Below are positions 8,128-18,347 of a stretch of DNA of 32,000 nt, one piece after another. Every line of letters starts with the position of its first letter. The stretch's first letter is position 1. This stretch comes from Candidatus Hermodarchaeota archaeon. GTDB lineage: Archaea > Asgardarchaeota > Heimdallarchaeia > Hodarchaeales > Hodarchaeaceae. The notes below the pieces were generated by a model that saw only the letters and a program-made list of their open reading frames with translations, was not told the DNA's origin and searched no databases. The DNA is taken from positions 123,047 to 155,046 of the forward strand of contig JBHLKY010000008.1 in NCBI GenBank assembly GCA_048886185.1, written 5' to 3'. Position numbers and translations under genes: made by a program.

Positions 8128-8421
8128 ATGAAAATGGCAAACGTGTTATCGATTTTGAAAGTAATTCCGACTTCCCCCGAAGTAAATCGTGATGAGCTTG
8201 TTTCTCGTGCACAAACAGAAGTAAGAGAAGGTTTAGATTTAGAAATTTTAAAGAAGGAAGAGGAGCCACTTTTTTTTGGATTATATGCAATTAAACTCTT
8301 CGTAAAGACAGCTGACTCTGATGAAGGAACTGAAACACTTCAGAAATTTGAAGATCGCCTTATCGCTTTGGAAGAAGTTGATAATTGCGAAATTGAAGTG
8401 CAAACAATAATTGACTATTAG
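8128..8421 (+). CDS. ef1b: Translation elongation factor aEF-1beta
   Basis: MANVLSILKVIPTSPEVN..EEEPLFFGLYAIKL..VDNCEI. Confidence 0.92.
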   Translation: MKMANVLSILKVIPTSPEVNRDELVSRAQTEVREGLDLEILKKEEEPLFFGLYAIKLFVKTADSDEGTETLQKFEDRLIALEEVDNCEIEVQTIIDY

Positions 8422-8573
8422 ATTCATTTGATTAAAGGGGATTGAACTCATTTTTGGGGTTAAACTATTTTTTTTTATTTTCTGTTTTACCAAGTACATT
8501 TACCTGGGATTAAAAAGAAATCAATTTTAAGCAAAGAATAGGATACCTAAATCAGAATTTCGAAAAGAGCAGA

Positions 8574-10781
8574 ATGATACAAAAGTTGAGAAATTTGACA
8601 AAAGAAGTTGTATTAAAGGTTGCTGAGGCAAGACAACGCGATGTTGGACGTGGAAAAATCCGCATGGATGATATCAATATGCGGGAAATTGGTATCACGA
8701 CTGGTGACGTTGTTGAGATTCGGGGCCGACAAAAAACAGGAGCAATAGCTTGGCCTGCCTACATAGAAGATCAAGGGGCAGGTATTGTACGAATGGATGG
8801 AATTATTCGAAGAAACGCGAAAGTCTCATTAGAAGAAAATGTTCGCATCCGCAAGGCTCAGATAAAAGTTGCTAAAACCGTTAATATTGCACCAACTCGT
8901 CAAATTTCCCTTGATTATGGATTTGAAGCCTTTGTCAAACGCAAACTATTAGGATACCCAGTTTCTAAGAATGATACAGTACTCATCCCTATTCTAGGTA
9001 GGTCAATACCATTTGTTGTGAATTCGACAACCCCTACAGATATTGTACTAATAACTGACACTACCAAACTTAATGTTTCAGAAAAGCCTGTTTCAGAAAC
9101 TGAAACTGGGATGCCAGGGGTTAGTTATGAAGATATTGGAGGCTTGTCAGATGCGATTCAACGAATTCGCGAAATGGTTGAGCTACCATTGAAACACCCT
9201 GAACTATTCAAAAAATTGGGAATTGATCCACCAAAAGGAGTTTTATTACACGGTCCGCCTGGAACTGGAAAAACACTCATAGCCAAAGCTGTTGCCAATG
9301 AATCTGAGGCACATTTCATTCCAATTCAAGGACCTGAGATTATGTCTAAATTTTATGGGGAATCAGAAGCGAGATTACGTGAAATTTTTAAAGAAGCGGA
9401 AGATAATGCTCCTAGTATCGTTTTCATTGATGAAATCGATGCCATTGCTCCTAAACGAGAAGATGTAACTGGAGAAGTTGAAAGACGCGTCGTTGCACAA
9501 ATTCTAGCCTTAATGGATGGATTAGAAAGTCGAGGAGAGACAATTGTCATTGGAGCGACAAATCGTCCTAATGCAGTAGACCCTGCATTACGTCGTCCAG
9601 GTCGTTTTGATCGTGAAATAGAAATCGGGGTTCCTGACAAAAATGAGCGTTTGGAAATACTTCAGATTCACACTAGAAGAATGCCAGGAATAGAAGATGT
9701 TGATACAGAAAAGCTGGCAGTAATAACTCATGGATTTGTTGGAGCTGATCTCGCTGCTTTAGGTCGTGAAGCTGCAATGAAGAAGTTGCGAGAAATCTTA
9801 CCTGAAATCAACTTAAGTGAGGATACCATCCCACCAACAGTTCTTGATAACCTAAAGGTTGAAGATCGACATTTTGAGGATGCATTAAAAGAGATTCATC
9901 CCTCTGCAATTAGAGAGGTATTTATTGAAGTACCAAATGTGAAATGGGAAAATATAGGGGGTATGGATTCCGTTAAACAAGAATTGATTGAAATTGTCGA
10001 GTGGCCGTTAAAACAAAAGGAAAGTTTCCAACGTTTGGGTATTAACCCTCCCCGAGCTGTTCTTTTATTCGGCGCACCTGGAACAGGAAAGACATTGTTA
10101 GCAAAAGCTTTGGCAACAGAGAGTCACGTGAATTTTATTAGCGTTAAAGGTCCCGAACTCCTTTCAAAATGGGTTGGAGAGAGTGAAAAAGCCGTTAGGG
10201 AAGTATTTCGCAAAGCACGAACCGCTTCTCCTGCACTTGTCTTCTTCGATGAAATTGATGCCGTTGCTACCCGAAGAGGATCTGGTGACTCATCTGGAGT
10301 CAATGAACGTGTAATTAGTCAGCTTTTAACTGAATTAGCGGGGATAGAACCTTTAAGAGATGTAGTGGTTCTTGCAGCGACAAACCGCCCCGATATGATT
10401 GATCCTGCGCTCCTCCGACCAGGAAGATTCGATCGAGTTGTTTATATTCCTCCTCCTGACGAGGAAAGTCGGAAATTGATATTAGAGATTCATACAAAGA
10501 ATATGCCATTAGCTGAAAATATTGATCTTAATCGATTAGCTAAAGAGACAGAGTTTTATGTAGGAGCGGATCTTGAAGCCATTTGCCGTGAAGCTGGCAT
10601 GATAGCTCTTCGAGAAGGACTTGATTCTAATATTGTTGAATGGCGTCATTTTGAGGCCTCACTCTCAAGAGTTCATTCGTCGTGCACTCCTGAAATGATG
10701 AAATGGTACGAAAATCAAGAATCCCAGTTCAGACGGAGAATAGCGATTGGTACACAGCCCACAGTACCCCTATTTGGATAA
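8574..10781 (+). CDS. cdc48: CDC48/VCP/p97 AAA+ ATPase
   Basis: N-domain ([15 protein letters not shown]). D1 has GPPGTGKT and FIDEID; D2 has GAPGTGKT and FFDEID. Both carry the [19 protein letters not shown]. Confidence 0.98.
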   Translation: MIQKLRNLTKEVVLKVAEARQRDVGRGKIRMDDINMREIGITTGDVVEIRGRQKTGAIAWPAYIEDQGAGIVRMDGIIRRNAKVSLEENVRIRKAQIKVAKTVNIAPTRQISLDYGFEAFVKRKLLGYPVSKNDTVLIPILGRSIPFVVNSTTPTDIVLITDTTKLNVSEKPVSETETGMPGVSYEDIGGLSDAIQRIREMVELPLKHPELFKKLGIDPPKGVLLHGPPGTGKTLIAKAVANESEAHFIPIQGPEIMSKFYGESEARLREIFKEAEDNAPSIVFIDEIDAIAPKREDVTGEVERRVVAQILALMDGLESRGETIVIGATNRPNAVDPALRRPGRFDREIEIGVPDKNERLEILQIHTRRMPGIEDVDTEKLAVITHGFVGADLAALGREAAMKKLREILPEINLSEDTIPPTVLDNLKVEDRHFEDALKEIHPSAIREVFIEVPNVKWENIGGMDSVKQELIEIVEWPLKQKESFQRLGINPPRAVLLFGAPGTGKTLLAKALATESHVNFISVKGPELLSKWVGESEKAVREVFRKARTASPALVFFDEIDAVATRRGSGDSSGVNERVISQLLTELAGIEPLRDVVVLAATNRPDMIDPALLRPGRFDRVVYIPPPDEESRKLILEIHTKNMPLAENIDLNRLAKETEFYVGADLEAICREAGMIALREGLDSNIVEWRHFEASLSRVHSSCTPEMMKWYENQESQFRRRIAIGTQPTVPLFG

Positions 10782-11006
10782 CACTATCATATTATTCCTG
10801 TAAGTAAAATCTTGAATACAATTAGAAGAACATCATAAAAAGTAACAAAAAATTCATTAATAGAAGCAATAAGAATTTTATAGTGTTTTTACTATTTATA
10901 GCACCCTAGAAACTGCTGAAATACTCTCCTAATCGATCCATGATGCAAATAATTGCTAACTTCAGTCTTTATAACTCTCTTATAAAATTCCACTAGGTAA
11001 AAGAAG

Positions 11007-11279
11007 ATGACAGTAAATAAACATCCATATTGGAGACCGTTTCCTTTAACTTTTTCAATTATGAATATTGTTGAACGTCGTGAGGGAGTATTATTAGAGG
11101 ATGACCTAATTCGCTTATTAAAAAATGATGTAGGAGAATTTTCAGATCGTGAATTGAACCAAGCTCTGATGAAATTAGAGATAAAAGGTTTATTGCATAT
11201 TCAGTCAATAAAAAAGAATCAAAGGATGATCAAAAGAGTTGACAAAGATCAGAAATTTCTTGCAGTTGGTGAGGATTAA
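11007..11279 (+). CDS. Small winged-helix protein of unknown function
   Basis: ELNQALMKLEIKGLLHI helix-wing pattern; 90 aa ORF filling the gap between cdc48 and ttuA. Confidence 0.6.
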   Translation: MTVNKHPYWRPFPLTFSIMNIVERREGVLLEDDLIRLLKNDVGEFSDRELNQALMKLEIKGLLHIQSIKKNQRMIKRVDKDQKFLAVGED

Positions 11280-11286
11280 ATCCTTA

Positions 11287-12234
11287 CTATAATTCTAAGG
11301 GATTTTCAAATCCATATTTATCTAGGAGCTGACAAATGGGACAAACCTCATGAGTGGATACTTCTCCACATTTTTGACATAGAAATGGAGGTACCGCTTC
11401 ATTCATTTGAGGAAAGAATTGGGAGATTGAATCGTGAAGATTTACTATATTTCTTAAAGTACTCGGCCTCTTTTCTTCCATTTCTGATAGAAAGATCCTG
11501 ATATTATTTCGCATAGCTGAAGCGGCATAAGGACAAGGATAAGAATGATAGTCTAAATTTTCAGCGAAAACATATTTAACAATTTCTGGTTCAGTTACGT
11601 GCACAAATGGCCGAATACGGGGAATTAATGTTTGGAACTTCTGAACAGGAAAACGAGAAAATCGAATGAATTTGTTAGAGTCTCCCCGTAGTAGATTCAA
11701 TAATATAGATTGTGCTTCATCATCTAAATTATGTCCAGTGGCAATTTTTGTTACATTGGCCTGTCTAGCTGCATAGTTCAGAGCCCTGCGGCGTAAAATG
11801 CCGCAAATTGAACACGCTGACTTGGTTTGTTTCTTAAATCTACTTTCGTCAATTATCTGATCTAGTGTTCTACCATAAATATCCTTAAAGGACAGAATAA
11901 TATGAGGAATCCGATACTTTTTAGCTATTTTTCGTGTAAGCTCCAAACATTCATCTCTGTATCCTTTAATTCCTTCATCGATTGTTAAAACACTCAAATT
12001 GCACTGAGGATGATTTTTCCGAAGCTTAGATAGAATGTTAAGAAGAGCAGTGCTATCCTTCCCACCTGAGTATCCTAAACCAATATGATCGTTTCTATTT
12101 AACATATTATAACTATTTATAGCCTTTCTCACTTTGTTTTCAATAAGTTCTATAAAATGTTTCTTACAATAGACTTTTTTGGATTGGAAATCCCGTGTGA
12201 AGGGGGGATTTTTACAACACTTTGAGAGTGACAT
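11287..12234 (-). CDS. ttuA: tRNA 2-thiolation protein TtuA/NcsA/CTU1 family
   Basis: PP-loop SGGKDS, CSICGILRR, TGHNLDDEAQ, CPY and C-terminal CxxC..CxxC zinc finger. Confidence 0.93.
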   Translation of the reverse strand: MSLSKCCKNPPFTRDFQSKKVYCKKHFIELIENKVRKAINSYNMLNRNDHIGLGYSGGKDSTALLNILSKLRKNHPQCNLSVLTIDEGIKGYRDECLELTRKIAKKYRIPHIILSFKDIYGRTLDQIIDESRFKKQTKSACSICGILRRRALNYAARQANVTKIATGHNLDDEAQSILLNLLRGDSNKFIRFSRFPVQKFQTLIPRIRPFVHVTEPEIVKYVFAENLDYHSYPCPYAASAMRNNIRIFLSEMEEKRPSTLRNIVNLHDSISQFFPQMNEAVPPFLCQKCGEVSTHEVCPICQLLDKYGFENPLEL

Positions 12235-12264
12235 ACTCCTACTTCTAAATAGACTTAAAGGGAA

Positions 12265-12552
12265 TCAACCTCGTATATTTATTATAAAGGGTGGACAAAG
12301 TTGATCAGCTTCTTTGATACCGTGCTTAACTGCCTCTTCAGCTATCTCTTGCACATTATACTTTGAAAAAGGAGATAATTCTAAAAATAATTCAATATTA
12401 ACGATTAACTCTCCTTTTTCTGTTGTTTCAAGGCTAATATCAATCAAATCTTGATTTAGATCTTCACCAATTTTATCTGTAAGAAATTGTTGAATCTTAA
12501 TATACAATTGGTCAAGTATATCCTCCATATCGTCAGTTGTCAATAAGTTCAC
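12265..12552 (-). CDS. DUF3194-like acidic protein
   Basis: Pattern DISLE..LIVNIELFL..QEIAEEAV and the usual position after prefoldin beta. Confidence 0.65.
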   Translation of the reverse strand: MNLLTTDDMEDILDQLYIKIQQFLTDKIGEDLNQDLIDISLETTEKGELIVNIELFLELSPFSKYNVQEIAEEAVKHGIKEADQLCPPFIINIRG

Positions 12553-12582
12553 ACAGTTTCTTCATGCAACTTTAAAAATAGT

Positions 12583-12966
12583 CTAATTAGTTGGTTCTAA
12601 ATCACCTAATTCCTCACTTAATCGAGTTTGTAACTCCTCTAAACGCTTAGTATTTTGTGCTTCCTGAGAAGAAAAGCTTTTTTGCTTAAGTTCGAGTAAT
12701 TCGGCTCGTTCTGTTAATTCTTGCAGAACATCACTAACCTTTTTGGGGAACATAACTGATCCTACAGTTTTCCATACCTCATTATTGGAATCTAGCTTTT
12801 GTAGTTCTTTTTTAGTCATTTCAATTTCTGAAAGTGTTCTAGAAATCTCTGCTTTTTGAATTCGTAAGTTCTGAACTGTTTGTTCGAGCTGTCGGAATCG
12901 TAAAATCAGTTCTTGTTTGGCAGGGGATAGTTCGCGATAGGCCATTTTTTCAACCACTAATTTCAA
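12583..12966 (-). CDS. pfdB: Prefoldin beta subunit
   Basis: Two coiled coils around the beta hairpin EVWKTVGSVMF. Confidence 0.93.
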   Translation of the reverse strand: MKLVVEKMAYRELSPAKQELILRFRQLEQTVQNLRIQKAEISRTLSEIEMTKKELQKLDSNNEVWKTVGSVMFPKKVSDVLQELTERAELLELKQKSFSSQEAQNTKRLEELQTRLSEELGDLEPTN

Positions 12967-13011
12967 ATATTTTGTTTAAGTATTTCCTCTTCAGTTATTG
13001 AAATCTAAATA

Positions 13012-13278
13012 TCAGTTAAAAGTTTGTTTTGACAAAGTCATTAGGGCTCTTGTAGTACTGGAGATCCATCGTAAAATTGATCCTATGGTTGCCTTTGCTG
13101 CATTTACATCATAAGCAGTGATATTTATGATTATTATTTGAGCTTCTAAAGCTATTGATGCTGTAGATCGCTCAAAACGCTGGTCCTGAATCTCGGGGAA
13201 AACAGATGAAAAAATAACTCGAGCTTGATCCTCAGAATCATAACGGATGGTGAAACAAATTTTAAGTGTGCTATTCAT
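13012..13278 (-). CDS. pcc1: KEOPS complex subunit Pcc1
   Basis: ARVIFSSVFPE..RS..IINITAYDVNAAKATIGSILRWI; conserved position in the superoperon. Confidence 0.85.
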   Translation of the reverse strand: MNSTLKICFTIRYDSEDQARVIFSSVFPEIQDQRFERSTASIALEAQIIIINITAYDVNAAKATIGSILRWISSTTRALMTLSKQTFN

Positions 13279-13813
13279 TGTTTACACATTCTGAAGAGAC
13301 GTGAATGGTAAAGAGATGTAGGGATTTCGTTGAGTTCTGTTGAACTGCGTGGCCAATAAGAGAGTTAAATTTATCTTTTCCAAAACTAATAACCAATTTC
13401 TTCTTCGAATGAACATTGTTTGAATCTGGAATGATCTGATGGAAAAAATCTGTAATTTGATCCTTGAATAGCTTATTTATATCTTCAGAAAAATTGATGC
13501 AGATTCGCTCAATATTTATTCGATATTTCTTGCTATGTTTACGTAATGAAACTATATTAGTCAACCTAATTGTAGCATCTATTAATTGAGGTTGGTTTCT
13601 TATTGAATATGCTTTAACTAAAATTGCGTTATTCTCATCAGATTCTTGAAGGATAAGTAAGTTACCTATCTTTTTATTCCAGCAATAAGTAAATAATCTG
13701 CTTAAACTCAATGTACCTCGATTCATTCTTTGGGAGTTGGGAAAAGAGAGGGAGATGACCCTACTCACACGACGTAAGCGATGATTAGGATTCCTAGAGG
13801 TTGTTATCAACAT
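13271..13813 (-). CDS. Brix-domain (Imp4-like) ribosome biogenesis protein
   Basis: MLITTSRNPNHRLRR..RMNRGTLSL N-terminal Brix motif. Confidence 0.85.
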   Translation of the reverse strand: MLITTSRNPNHRLRRVSRVISLSFPNSQRMNRGTLSLSRLFTYCWNKKIGNLLILQESDENNAILVKAYSIRNQPQLIDATIRLTNIVSLRKHSKKYRINIERICINFSEDINKLFKDQITDFFHQIIPDSNNVHSKKKLVISFGKDKFNSLIGHAVQQNSTKSLHLFTIHVSSECVNNE

Positions 13814-13883
13814 AAATTTTTTGACCCCTCACTCTCCATTCATAGAATTTGGTTTTATGATTTAGTAATAATTGGAAACAATA

Positions 13884-14159
13884 TTAGGATTCAGATTGAC
13901 CAGATAAACGCTTTGCTGTTCGAAGGGCTATTTTTCCTCCTGGAGTCTCTGGAGACCATGAACCACCTGCGAAACGAAAACCACAGAATTTACATTCCCA
14001 AATACCAATAGATACTCGGTGAACCTTCATGGTGTTACATGAAGGGCAAGGGTGTTTTATTTTTAAACCACTTTCAATTTTGCGAATCCTCTTCCGGACG
14101 CTAGCACCATATCGCGTACCAAACCTACCAGTGGATCCTACTTTTTTAGTTCGTCCCAT
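13884..14159 (-). CDS. rpl37ae: Ribosomal protein eL43 (L37Ae)
   Basis: KKVGSTGRFGTRYGASVRK, CPSC..IWECKFCG. Confidence 0.97.
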   Translation of the reverse strand: MGRTKKVGSTGRFGTRYGASVRKRIRKIESGLKIKHPCPSCNTMKVHRVSIGIWECKFCGFRFAGGSWSPETPGGKIALRTAKRLSGQSES

Positions 14160-14308
14160 TGTATTATCGGAGCTCCTTCTATTATCTGATCAATTTTTAG
14201 GAAAATGTTCTAACAATCATTAGGGGGTGCATAATGCTTAATATCAGTTTTTATCTGATATAGAAACGCCTTATGGTTCATATTTATTGTTATCGTCTCA
14301 AGATGTCA

Positions 14309-15163
14309 TCAAAAATCAAACTGAAACATTTCATTATGTTCAGAAACTTGTGATTTTTGCTCAATAAGTTCGATTAATTCTTTCGCACGACTTGATGCAG
14401 CTTCCAAGATAGCCAAAATTTCCTTTTCTAAGAAAACTCCCGACTCTCCTTTCTGCATTGAACATATCAAACCTTTATCAGTTATTGCTACAGAAAACCG
14501 AGTGTGTTTACCCCGATCTTCTAGCAGGTTAGGATCATAAATAATTGAGTCATCAATTTTGACATAAGTTAGACTCGTTACGTATCCATTTCTTGGAAGG
14601 GGTTCTGTCTCATCTAATAAGGTGACTTCTTCTGTTTCTTCATCAATTAAGACCTTATTTAATCGTGTATTTGCAAGGGCTGCCATTGCAGCAAGAGCTG
14701 ATGCATCAATCAAATTACCTCCATCATCAAGCGTGTATATATCAACAAAGAGAATCCAAACTGTTTTTCCAGGGACAACACATAATTTGGGATCTTTCAT
14801 TGGAATAACTTTACTTTCACGAATTCCACGATCAACAATACGAGCCATTTCAATCGCTTCGGGGCCTGGGGGCCCACTTTCACGCGAGGGGGAAGAAATA
14901 GGAGATAATTCAAGGTTTACAGTAATTACACCATCATTAGGTGTATCTGGAAATGGAGCCCCTAATTGAGCTTTTACACCAGCTAACACAACAGTTTCTC
15001 CCAATTTAACCATCGCTGAACCTTCAGCCTTTTTAATGACATTAGGTATAATTTGAATTGGACGACCCTCCCAAAAACCTCTATTATCAATACGTTCCCC
15101 CTTTACAAGTAAGTCAGTTAAATATTTTTTTTCTAAGTTACTAACGATTTCATCCGAGCGCAT
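14309..15163 (-). CDS. rrp42: Exosome subunit Rrp42
   Basis: RIDNRGFWEGR, KAEGSAMVKLG, PFPDTPNDG, DDGGNLIDA. Confidence 0.97.
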   Translation of the reverse strand: MRSDEIVSNLEKKYLTDLLVKGERIDNRGFWEGRPIQIIPNVIKKAEGSAMVKLGETVVLAGVKAQLGAPFPDTPNDGVITVNLELSPISSPSRESGPPGPEAIEMARIVDRGIRESKVIPMKDPKLCVVPGKTVWILFVDIYTLDDGGNLIDASALAAMAALANTRLNKVLIDEETEEVTLLDETEPLPRNGYVTSLTYVKIDDSIIYDPNLLEDRGKHTRFSVAITDKGLICSMQKGESGVFLEKEILAILEAASSRAKELIELIEQKSQVSEHNEMFQFDF

Positions 15164-15174
15164 AATCTTCTCTC

Positions 15175-15939
15175 CTATTCTTCTTCCTCACTTATTTCAT
15201 CTATGGGTTCTGCGATTTGAGTGTATTTTGCTAATAAAGCATTCCTCTGCATCTCATAAATATGGTTTATAGCAATTTTTGAAAGTTTAAGCCCCTCCTC
15301 TACTTCTTTTAAAGTAAATTGACCATCAGATTGAAGAAGTGTCAGTTCTCCAGTAGTAGGTATCATTGCGATTGGCATATCGCCCTCACCTTCCTTATCC
15401 TCAATATCAGAGAGATCAACAACAATCTTCCCATCAACCTTCCCAACAGCACATGCAGTAACCATACCTCTCATTGGAATACCAGCATCAGCTAATCCTA
15501 ATGAAGCTGCAGTCAGTGCTGCACAACGAGTACCTCCATCTGCATCTAATACAGTAACGAATATATCAATTGCTCCATTAGGAAATTTCTCTAAAAATAA
15601 TATTGTATTTAGCGATTCAGTTAAAATTTTACTAAGTTCATACTCTCTACGACGAGGAGCAGGACTTTTTCGCTCTCCAACTGAAAAAGTTGCTAGACGA
15701 TATTCAACCCGTAAAATTGCTTTATCTGGTTGAGCAAGATGTTTTGGATGTAGTTCTCTTGGACCATAAATGGCACATATTATTTTATTATTTCCCCAAG
15801 TTAGATAACAACTTCCATCAGCTCTATCTAGAACTCCAGTCTTCATAGTTATTGTTCTCAATTCATGAAGTCCGCGACCATCTAATCGTTTTCCATCTTC
15901 TAATAAAAGAGAGGGTTTTTCTTCATTCATTTTCTTCAC
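15175..15939 (-). CDS. rrp41: Exosome subunit Rrp41
   Basis: RLDGRGLHELR, ADGSCYL, GPRELHPKH, ADGGTRCAA. Start may be ATG 15930. Confidence 0.97.
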   Translation of the reverse strand: MKKMNEEKPSLLLEDGKRLDGRGLHELRTITMKTGVLDRADGSCYLTWGNNKIICAIYGPRELHPKHLAQPDKAILRVEYRLATFSVGERKSPAPRRREYELSKILTESLNTILFLEKFPNGAIDIFVTVLDADGGTRCAALTAASLGLADAGIPMRGMVTACAVGKVDGKIVVDLSDIEDKEGEGDMPIAMIPTTGELTLLQSDGQFTLKEVEEGLKLSKIAINHIYEMQRNALLAKYTQIAEPIDEISEEEE

Positions 15940-16663
15940 TTCTTTCAGATAATTTGATTCTTTCTGTTTCTAAAAATTCGCGAATTCGGTCAGTTAATCC
16001 ACTAGTGTGAGCTTCTAGTTCGATTTTTCGGATCGCACGCTCTACCAAGTTTTCAATCTCAGGATTAAAAGCTTTGATGACTATTCGGCCATTTTGTCCA
16101 ATAGTAAGTTGAGTATTGGTCATATTTTTTAATAATTGAATCATACTTCCTTTTTTTCCTATGATTCGTGGGATTTTTACAGGATCGACTTCAATCAAAT
16201 GGCCATTGTTAATTTTATGGAGACCCCGTCCCTGCAATGTGAGAACAGGATCACGCAGTCGGTCAAAATAAGTAATTTGAGCTTTTATTATATCACCTGT
16301 GTTTAAAATTCGATCAAGACTTTCCCTAAGAGCATCAAAATCCCTATCAATGACGTTACTAACACGAAGTGTTCCAACATAAGGTCCTCGGATATCCACA
16401 TTCCAAGAAGTGAGTCCCACTTTTGTGATTTTACCAATAACTATATCTCCTTCTAATGGAATATAACAACCCTCTAATGGAACTACTCCAACTCTATCTT
16501 TTCTAACTTGCACAAGCCCAATCATTGACGCGTAAATCTCAATCTCACTATTGACCTTCCGACGAAAAACTCCCCCACCTACTTTTAATCCAGAACCACG
16601 AGCTAGGATTTCACCAGGAATAACAAGTTGGTTTCTGGTCACTAATATCGACATTTTATCCAC
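15923..16663 (-). CDS. rrp4: Exosome RNA-binding subunit Rrp4
   Basis: LVIPGE, YIPLEGDIVIGKI (S1 domain), KIPRIIGKKGSMI (KH domain), GQNGRI. Confidence 0.96.
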   Translation of the reverse strand: MDKMSILVTRNQLVIPGEILARGSGLKVGGGVFRRKVNSEIEIYASMIGLVQVRKDRVGVVPLEGCYIPLEGDIVIGKITKVGLTSWNVDIRGPYVGTLRVSNVIDRDFDALRESLDRILNTGDIIKAQITYFDRLRDPVLTLQGRGLHKINNGHLIEVDPVKIPRIIGKKGSMIQLLKNMTNTQLTIGQNGRIVIKAFNPEIENLVERAIRKIELEAHTSGLTDRIREFLETERIKLSERSEENE

Positions 16664-16710
16664 TTCATTTTAAAATCTATTATCAAAGTATCATTATAAT
16701 AATTTGAAAG

Positions 16711-17445
16711 TTATAAGCGAATTCTTTCTATAATTTTGATCTCAGCACGACCCTTCGTCATGCTTTGAACTCTCTCCATGAATTCCCCTTGAATTCCAGC
16801 TGCAACAGTCACTACTGCAATCCAATGGCCATCATTCTGCCATTCATCTTTTTCAATTTGAGCGTCACGCTTAATTTCGCCATAAGCTTTTCCTGTGAAT
16901 TCTGGTGGAATTTTTATTGCAAGTTTAACAGTCTCCATGCTGATGGGGAGAACTCGCCTTAATTCTTGAATTATATCCTTGAGCTGACTCTCAGCAGGTG
17001 ATGATGGATCGATCATTATTTTTGCTTCTTTCATTGCATTCTCAATACGCAAAGGAGGATGTGGTGTCCGTGTTTTAGGATTAATACAGGTCTTTGCTAG
17101 TAACGTTATAATTTGCCTGCGCTTTTTTTCAAAAAATTCTTGTCTTTGTTCAGCTGTTAGATTAAGCTCACCCTTCGTAAGGATCTTTTCTGCAATTATA
17201 AGAGGATCTACTGTTTCGAAACAGTGCATAAGAACTTCATCAGGAGCTTTTTCTCCTTTACTAGCATTTTGAAAGATTTCGTCCATTTCTAAAATATCAG
17301 TAATGCCGATTGTATCATCCAATAGTCCCATTTTATATTTGAGAGCCAATTCTGGGTTAACTATGATTTCAAATCTATTTCCCTGGAATTTTGCACGTAC
17401 AACTGATTTTCCTGTTAAGTCAACCCTCCGAGCATCTCTTAGCAT
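16711..17445 (-). CDS. sdo1: Ribosome maturation factor SBDS/Sdo1
   Basis: FEIIV.P, IFQNASKGEKA, INPKTRTPHPPLRIENAM. Confidence 0.96.
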   Translation of the reverse strand: MLRDARRVDLTGKSVVRAKFQGNRFEIIVNPELALKYKMGLLDDTIGITDILEMDEIFQNASKGEKAPDEVLMHCFETVDPLIIAEKILTKGELNLTAEQRQEFFEKKRRQIITLLAKTCINPKTRTPHPPLRIENAMKEAKIMIDPSSPAESQLKDIIQELRRVLPISMETVKLAIKIPPEFTGKAYGEIKRDAQIEKDEWQNDGHWIAVVTVAAGIQGEFMERVQSMTKGRAEIKIIERIRL

Positions 17446-17456
17446 CCATAACTCTC

Positions 17457-18179
17457 CTATAATCGTTTAACAAGCGCGACTATATCTTCCTTAGTCATAT
17501 ATTCAATGGTATGGGTTTTCTTTGATATTACCGCAATTTCAACCATTTCTGCGTTTAATTCTCCTTCGGATACTTGGCTAAGTGCCTTTAAAGCAATTAA
17601 GTTTCCATCTTCCATTGTTTGAGCTATTTCTTTATATTCTCCTTCCAAGAATTCAATGATCGCTGGAGCACTTGAACCTATTGCAGTTGCACGGTAGCCC
17701 CAATAACTTCCGCTAGGTTCAGTCATGTACAACTGTGGACCATATATTTCATCACACCCGGCTATTAATAATGAAACTCCAAAAGGCCGTACTCCTGCAT
17801 GTTGGGTATACATCTGTTTAAGATTCGCTAGTCTACGAGTGAGAGCTTCAACGGTTATGGCTTCATTATAGGTAATACGATGGATCTGAGATTGAATACG
17901 CGCTTGATTAACAAGAACATGCGCATCAGCGGTTAATCCCGCAATAGCAGCGGCAATATGGTCATCAATAGCAAAGATTTTCTTGACCATATCTTTCTCG
18001 ACAAGAGATGTATGTAATCGTTTTTGTACGATTAAACAACATCCCTCAAATGTTTTTATACCAATAGCTGTTGTTCCTCGCTTAACTGCCTCAATGGCGT
18101 ATTCTACTTGGAATAATCTCCCATCAGGGCTGAAAATTGTACTCCCCCTATCATAACCTAATCCTTTCGGCGCAAACAA
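17457..18179 (-). CDS. psmA: 20S proteasome alpha subunit
   Basis: GYDRGSTIFSPDGRLFQVEYAIEAVKRG, GVRPFGVSLL; TTG start. Confidence 0.98.
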   Translation of the reverse strand: MFAPKGLGYDRGSTIFSPDGRLFQVEYAIEAVKRGTTAIGIKTFEGCCLIVQKRLHTSLVEKDMVKKIFAIDDHIAAAIAGLTADAHVLVNQARIQSQIHRITYNEAITVEALTRRLANLKQMYTQHAGVRPFGVSLLIAGCDEIYGPQLYMTEPSGSYWGYRATAIGSSAPAIIEFLEGEYKEIAQTMEDGNLIALKALSQVSEGELNAEMVEIAVISKKTHTIEYMTKEDIVALVKRL

Positions 18180-18305
18180 GGCTTTTCCACCAAAAAACGT
18201 AACTCTATTCCTTTTCCGCTTTCATTTCTTCCGAGATTAATTAGAATATATAACAATCTAGTTGAGTTCCTAAAAGGAAGGAGGCAAGAGAATCAACCAA
18301 ATGCG

Positions 18306-18347
18306 AGGACAGGATAAATATTAAATAGTAAGGACAGGATAAATATT
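18306..18347. repeat. Perfect 17-bp direct repeat, 2 copies, 25-bp period
   Basis: AGGACAGGATAAATATT at 18306-18322 and 18331-18347, in the psmA/aIF5A divergent intergenic region. Confidence 0.9.

Noticed and set aside
8066-10509. ORFs 8066..8290, 8281..8499, 9353..9640 and 10315..10509
   Set aside because: Antisense to ef1b and cdc48.
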